A stretch of DNA of 40,447 nt. Source: Desulfonatronovibrionaceae bacterium (GTDB lineage Bacteria; Desulfobacterota; Desulfovibrionia; Desulfovibrionales; Desulfonatronovibrionaceae). The translations under genes and the position numbers were made by a program. The DNA lies in the NCBI GenBank assembly GCA_046539845.1, contig JBKHGE010000020.1, forward strand, positions 1 through 40,447, given 5' to 3'. The notes beneath the pieces are model-generated. The model worked only from the letters and a program-made list of their open reading frames with translations, did not search any database and was not told the origin of the DNA. This document shows, piece by piece, positions 36,037 to 40,447 of the stretch (the stretch's first letter is position 1; each line of letters begins with the position of its first letter).

Positions 36037-36708
36037 ATGAGCAATTTCACCTTTCACTGGGAAGTGGTCTGGGAATCAGTGCCCGCCCTGCTCCAGGGCG
36101 CGGAGGTGACCATAATAATTACGGTCACCGGCCTTTTGATCGGATTTGCCCTGGGTGCGATATTTGGACTGATGAAAATCACCCGAAGCAAAATACTCAG
36201 AAAAGTAGCCGGGCTATACATAGAGTCCGTGCGGGGTACCCCGCTCATGGTCCAGGTTATGTTTCTGTATTTCGGGCTTCCCTTGGCCCTGGGCACCCGG
36301 ATAGAGCCGGTTACTGCGGGTATCACGGCCATAGCGGTCAACTCCGGGGCATATATCGGAGAAATCGTCCGCGGGGCGGTACAGTCAATCAATGTGGGAC
36401 AATATGAAGCCGGACGCTCCATCGGGCTCAGCCGGAAACAGACCATGGTCAATATCATCTGGCCCCAGGCATTCAGGCGGATGATCCCCCCCTTGGGCAA
36501 CCAATTCATAATCAGCCTCAAGGATACTTCCCTGTTGGTGGTTATCGGAGTGGCCGAACTGACCCGCTCCGGTCAGGAAATCATCTCTGTGAACTTCCGG
36601 GCCTTTGAAGTCTGGATCACAGTGGCTCTGATGTATCTGGCCATGACCATGTCCATCTCCAAGATCCTGGCTGTCACAGAAAGAAAACTGCTTCGGATAA
36701 AGAGATAA
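36037..36708 (+). CDS. glnP: Glutamine/polar amino acid ABC transporter permease
   Basis: RGTPLMVQ, NSGAYIGEIVRG, GQYEAGRSIG, PPLGNQFIISLKDTSL. Confidence 0.92.
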   Translation: MSNFTFHWEVVWESVPALLQGAEVTIIITVTGLLIGFALGAIFGLMKITRSKILRKVAGLYIESVRGTPLMVQVMFLYFGLPLALGTRIEPVTAGITAIAVNSGAYIGEIVRGAVQSINVGQYEAGRSIGLSRKQTMVNIIWPQAFRRMIPPLGNQFIISLKDTSLLVVIGVAELTRSGQEIISVNFRAFEVWITVALMYLAMTMSISKILAVTERKLLRIKR

Positions 36709-36711
36709 GTT

Positions 36712-37440
36712 ATGATCAAGATAGAGAGACTGATCAAGAAATTCGACGACCTGACTGTACTGGATGAAATCGACCTGGAAATATCCCCCGGGGAGGTGGT
36801 GGTCATAGTTGGACCCAGCGGTTCTGGTAAAAGCACACTCCTACGGTGCATTAACCGCCTGGAAGATATCACCTCCGGCCGGGTCATCGTGGACGGGCAG
36901 GACATAACCAGTCCCAAGACAGACATAAACATGATCCGCACCGAGGCGGGCATGGTCTTTCAGCAGTTCAATCTTTTCCCGCACATGACTGCGCTGAAAA
37001 ATGTCACCATCGGCCCCATAAAGGTCCGGGGGATGAAAAAAGAGGACGCTGACCAGCTGGGGAAGGACCTGTTGAAGAAAGTGGGCCTTTCGGACAAAGC
37101 GGACGTTTACCCGGACCAGCTTTCCGGCGGACAGAAACAGCGGGTGGCCATTGCCCGCTCCCTGGCCCTGCGGCCTAAAATGATGCTCTTTGACGAACCC
37201 ACCTCCGCCCTGGACCCGGAACTGGTCGGCGAGGTACTGGAGGTCATGAAGGATCTGGCCTACGAGGGCATGACCATGGTCGTGGTCACCCATGAGATGA
37301 GTTTCGCCAAGGAAGTGGCCCACCGGGCCATCTTCATGGATGAGGGCAGGATTGTGGAAGAAAACACCCCGGTGGAATTTTTCAACTCCCCCAAGACCGA
37401 GAGATTGAAATCATTTTTGCGCCGGGTCCAGGCCCATTAA
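36712..37440 (+). CDS. glnQ: Glutamine/polar amino acid ABC transporter ATP-binding protein
   Basis: [46 protein letters not shown]. Confidence 0.95.
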   Translation: MIKIERLIKKFDDLTVLDEIDLEISPGEVVVIVGPSGSGKSTLLRCINRLEDITSGRVIVDGQDITSPKTDINMIRTEAGMVFQQFNLFPHMTALKNVTIGPIKVRGMKKEDADQLGKDLLKKVGLSDKADVYPDQLSGGQKQRVAIARSLALRPKMMLFDEPTSALDPELVGEVLEVMKDLAYEGMTMVVVTHEMSFAKEVAHRAIFMDEGRIVEENTPVEFFNSPKTERLKSFLRRVQAH

Positions 37441-37600
37441 AAGAAACAACCGCCAAGGAACAAGGGACGCCCATATAAAGACCTTTACTCTCGGGTGACG
37501 GCAATAAAGCGGACCAAGTCAAAGCGGCAAACCCTGCTTTGTCTCATTCTCACCTTCGCATACTTCCCGGCTTGGCGGTTATAAAACCCATAGACCCCCT

Positions 37601-38452
37601 ATGACGCTAGCCTATCTGGCCCTGGTCGGCCGCATCCTGCTCCTGGGAGTGGAGCGGATAGTGGTCAAAAAGATGGGAAGCGGGTCGGACTGTATGTCCG
37701 CCGCTTTCCTTTTCTTCTTTATCGGCGCCTTCTTCGTTTTTCCCTTCACCTTCCTTGAAGACGCGGCGTGGCTGGAAATGGTCCCGCGCACGCTTTCCAG
37801 CGGCGTTTTTTACAGCCTGGCCTTTATTCTGTACGTAAAATCTTTGTCCCTGGGAGAGGCCTCGCTCGTTAGCCCGCTGTATAATTTCAACGTATTTTTT
37901 CTGGCCCTTTTGGCCGCTTTTTTTCTGGACGAGAATCTGGGGATACAAAAGATACTGGCCCTTATCCTTCTGGTCTATGGGGCCTCGTTTCTGCACCGGG
38001 GCAGACACGCCTGGGAATCTCTTTGCTTTCTGTGGAAGGACAAAGCCTGCATCTACATGATGGCCGCCTCTTTGCTCATAGCCGCCGGCCGGGTTATAGA
38101 CAAGGCCGGGATGGCTTCGTTTAAGCCGGTGACCTATTGCTGCGTGCTCTATTTCTGCATCAGCCTGTATATCTTTTTGTATATTGCAGTGCGGCAAAAA
38201 ACCGGGGAGATCGGACTTCTTCTGCGCACCAAGCCCGGGGTGACCACTGCAAGCGGGATGATAAACGGCTTTTCCTACCTTTTCCTTTTGTTCGCCCTGA
38301 CCGGTCTGGATGTCAGCGTGGCCGAACCCTTGTCCATGCTCGGGATCCTGGTCACACTTGTGCTTTCGTCAATCGTCTTCCGGGAAAAAATTGGCTTCAG
38401 GCTTATCGGGGCGAGCATCATGATCGCCGGGGCCTGGATCCTGGTGGTGTAA
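37601..38452 (+). CDS. EamA/DMT-family transporter
   Basis: About 10 hydrophobic helices in two repeats (SLGEASLVSPL...FLDE; DVSVAEPL...VFRE). Confidence 0.85.
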   Translation: MTLAYLALVGRILLLGVERIVVKKMGSGSDCMSAAFLFFFIGAFFVFPFTFLEDAAWLEMVPRTLSSGVFYSLAFILYVKSLSLGEASLVSPLYNFNVFFLALLAAFFLDENLGIQKILALILLVYGASFLHRGRHAWESLCFLWKDKACIYMMAASLLIAAGRVIDKAGMASFKPVTYCCVLYFCISLYIFLYIAVRQKTGEIGLLLRTKPGVTTASGMINGFSYLFLLFALTGLDVSVAEPLSMLGILVTLVLSSIVFREKIGFRLIGASIMIAGAWILVV

Positions 38453-38762
38453 GATTAGCGCCTGGCCCGCCGTAGGATCTGCTTTTCTGCACATACATTA
38501 GACAAAGCCCTGCCTGACAGTTGAAAAGCCAGCCGCCCGCCCGACACTCAGGATTCCTGACCAGGGGCATAAATAACGAAAATGGGCAATCCGTATGAGT
38601 TGATAAATATCCTCTTGTTGAGTTCTTCCACATTCCATCACTTGCACTCAAATTTAAAATTTGAGTAGCGGGGGTGGAGCAGAAATAAATAATAGCCAGC
38701 ACCCCCCATTTAGACGAATTGACTCCCCTTTTTTTTCTCGAACATTTTCTAAGACATAATTA

Positions 38763-38778
38763 TGGCATGGGCCTTGCT
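38763..38778 (+). promoter_or_regulatory. Sigma54 (-24/-12) promoter upstream of the PilT-family gene
   Basis: TGGCAT-GGGCC-TTGCT matches TGGCAC-N5-TTGCW with exact GG-N10-GC spacing, ~80 nt before the ATG. Confidence 0.75.
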
Positions 38779-38857
38779 TTCGTCTGTGGACAATATTTAA
38801 GGCAACAATAAATTTTTATTGCCTTTTTAAGTTAAAAGTCACCAAGACAGGAGTTCC

Positions 38858-40117
38858 ATGCCGGAGAATTTCGAGAACCTGATTAAACGGGCAGCCGCCC
38901 AGGGCTATTCTGATTTGCACCTGTCCGGGAACCACCCGGTGGTAGTCCGAAAAAACGGTGCATTGGAGTTTCTGCACGACCAAGTACTATCCCCGCAGGA
39001 AATTGAGACTCTGTGCCTCAGGCTGTTGAGAAAAAGGGAACTGAAAGACTTACGCTGCAGGCAGTCCGTGGACCTGGCCCGCTCCGTCTCCGGGGTGCGC
39101 CTGCGCCTGAATGCCTTTTACACCGCCCGGGGGCTGAGCCTGGCCATCCGCTTTTTGCCGGCCACAGTGCCCAGCCTGGAGAGCCTCAACCTGCACCCCT
39201 CGCTGCGCGATTTCTGCAGCATGGACTGCGGCCTGGTCCTTTTCACCGGGGCCACCGGGAGCGGCAAAACCACGACCATAGCCTCACTGATTGACGAACT
39301 TATCGGCAAACGGCCGGTCCATGTCATCACCCTGGAGGCGCCCATTGAATACACGTTCTACTCCAGAAAGGCCTTTGTCCAGCAGCGGGAGCTGCACGAA
39401 CACTTCCCATCCTTTGAGCAGGGACTGGTGGATGTTTTGCGCGAGGACCCGGATGTACTCTTTGTAGGTGAGCTGCGGGACCCGGAGACCATCAGGCTGA
39501 CTCTTAACGCGGCCGAGTCCGGGCATCTGGTCTTCGCCACCATGCACTCCAGCAGCCCGGAAGACGCGCTTTACCGCATAAGCAACGCCTTCCCCATGGA
39601 GGCCCAGGACTACGTGCACAGCCAGCTAGCGGCCATAACCGCCGGGGTGATCACCCAGCAGCTGAGGCCCCTGCCCCATCTAAGCTACCGGGTGCCGCAT
39701 CTGGCCATCCTGCGCTCCTCCCAGGCGGTGCGCAACAACATTCGGGAAAAGAAAATCGCTCAGCTGGAAAACACCATGGGCATGGCCTCCAGGCAGAACA
39801 TGTTCACCTTTGAGCGCTACAGAAACGAGTATCTTTTGCCCAAAAAGGATTTCACCCCCCCGTGGCAGATATTTCGGGCCAGTAAAGACGAGGAAAAACG
39901 GAAAGAGAATTCACTGCCGAAAATCGGCGGGAACGGGACAAGCTATCCACTGGAATCTCGGGACCCGGAAAGCCGGGGCAAGGAAAATGCGCTTTATCCC
40001 TGGGGAAAAAACACATCCCGTGATTCAGACAAGAAAAGCATGGACAATGCTTTCTCTATCGAGGGCGAGCCCAGCCTGGAGGATGTGCTGCAGGAGATTT
40101 CGCATAGAGACAATTGA
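38858..40117 (+). CDS. PilT/PilU-family type IV pilus retraction ATPase paralog
   Basis: SDLHL, Walker A GATGSGKTTT, Asp box variant TLEAPIE, LREDPDVLFVGELRD, His box GHLVFATMH, AVRNNIRE (AIRNLIRE-like). GGAG RBS. Confidence 0.88.
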   Translation: MPENFENLIKRAAAQGYSDLHLSGNHPVVVRKNGALEFLHDQVLSPQEIETLCLRLLRKRELKDLRCRQSVDLARSVSGVRLRLNAFYTARGLSLAIRFLPATVPSLESLNLHPSLRDFCSMDCGLVLFTGATGSGKTTTIASLIDELIGKRPVHVITLEAPIEYTFYSRKAFVQQRELHEHFPSFEQGLVDVLREDPDVLFVGELRDPETIRLTLNAAESGHLVFATMHSSSPEDALYRISNAFPMEAQDYVHSQLAAITAGVITQQLRPLPHLSYRVPHLAILRSSQAVRNNIREKKIAQLENTMGMASRQNMFTFERYRNEYLLPKKDFTPPWQIFRASKDEEKRKENSLPKIGGNGTSYPLESRDPESRGKENALYPWGKNTSRDSDKKSMDNAFSIEGEPSLEDVLQEISHRDN

Positions 40118-40134
40118 ACCACCGGGGCTATCTA

Positions 40135-40446
40135 TCACCAGTTTTCGGCAGCATAATCCGAGGGCACATAGGTCACATCTATTTCATTGCCCAACTGCAT
40201 CTCCCCAAGCACATAGTACCCGCCTATAAGCTTGTTTTCATTATCTACAGACAAATCATTGGCAACCAGCAAAGTCCCAAAAAAATCAGATTTATCATGT
40301 ATACTTACATTGCCGTGTGATTCAAAATATACCTGTCTTGCCAACTGCTCGTCGACATCATCCATTGGAGTATAATTTGTTCCATCCGTTGAAACAAGTA
40401 TGTCCAAACTATCGCCCCAAACAATATCTCCGAGGCTGAAAAAAGT
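40135..40446 (-). CDS. 3' end of an AT-rich acidic hypothetical protein, truncated by the window edge
   Basis: The frame of ORF 40135-40407 stays open to the window end (TFFSLGDIVWGDSLDILVSTDGTNY...). Composition is AT-richer than pilT. Confidence 0.55.
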   Translation of the reverse strand, partial: TFFSLGDIVWGDSLDILVSTDGTNYTPMDDVDEQLARQVYFESHGNVSIHDKSDFFGTLLVANDLSVDNENKLIGGYYVLGEMQLGNEIDVTYVPSDYAAENW

Positions 40447-40447
40447 A

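Overview
A 40.4-kb chromosomal segment from a sulfate-reducing Desulfobacterota bacterium, probably Desulfovibrionales (inferred from the stand-alone dsrC, the CGGC protein and the dksA-NFACT arrangement). Most of it is core genome: dksA, tRNA-Gly/Cys/Gly, dsrC, lon, rplM-rpsI, purM, a TRAP transporter, glnHPQ, mtaD-cobO, two radical SAM enzymes and a PilT-family ATPase. Four things stand out. (1) At the left edge, an AT-rich PD-(D/E)XK/DUF5655-type nuclease gene lies between two attC-like sites, i.e. an integron gene cassette whose left core site reads GCT instead of GTT. (2) A TolC-MFP-ABC-MacB-type export operon has a cytoplasmic PAS + coiled-coil sensor module fused to its membrane fusion protein. 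(3) A coupled class I methyltransferase + YcaO-TPR gene pair lies directly upstream of dsrC, facing a large TPR/CCHC-zinc-knuckle membrane protein; this is a candidate protein-modification system. (4) There are several degenerate enzymes (a CysH-like protein lacking the ECG nucleophile motif, a PilT with an altered Asp box) and long intergenic palindromes. All family calls come from motif recognition by eye; no database searches were run.
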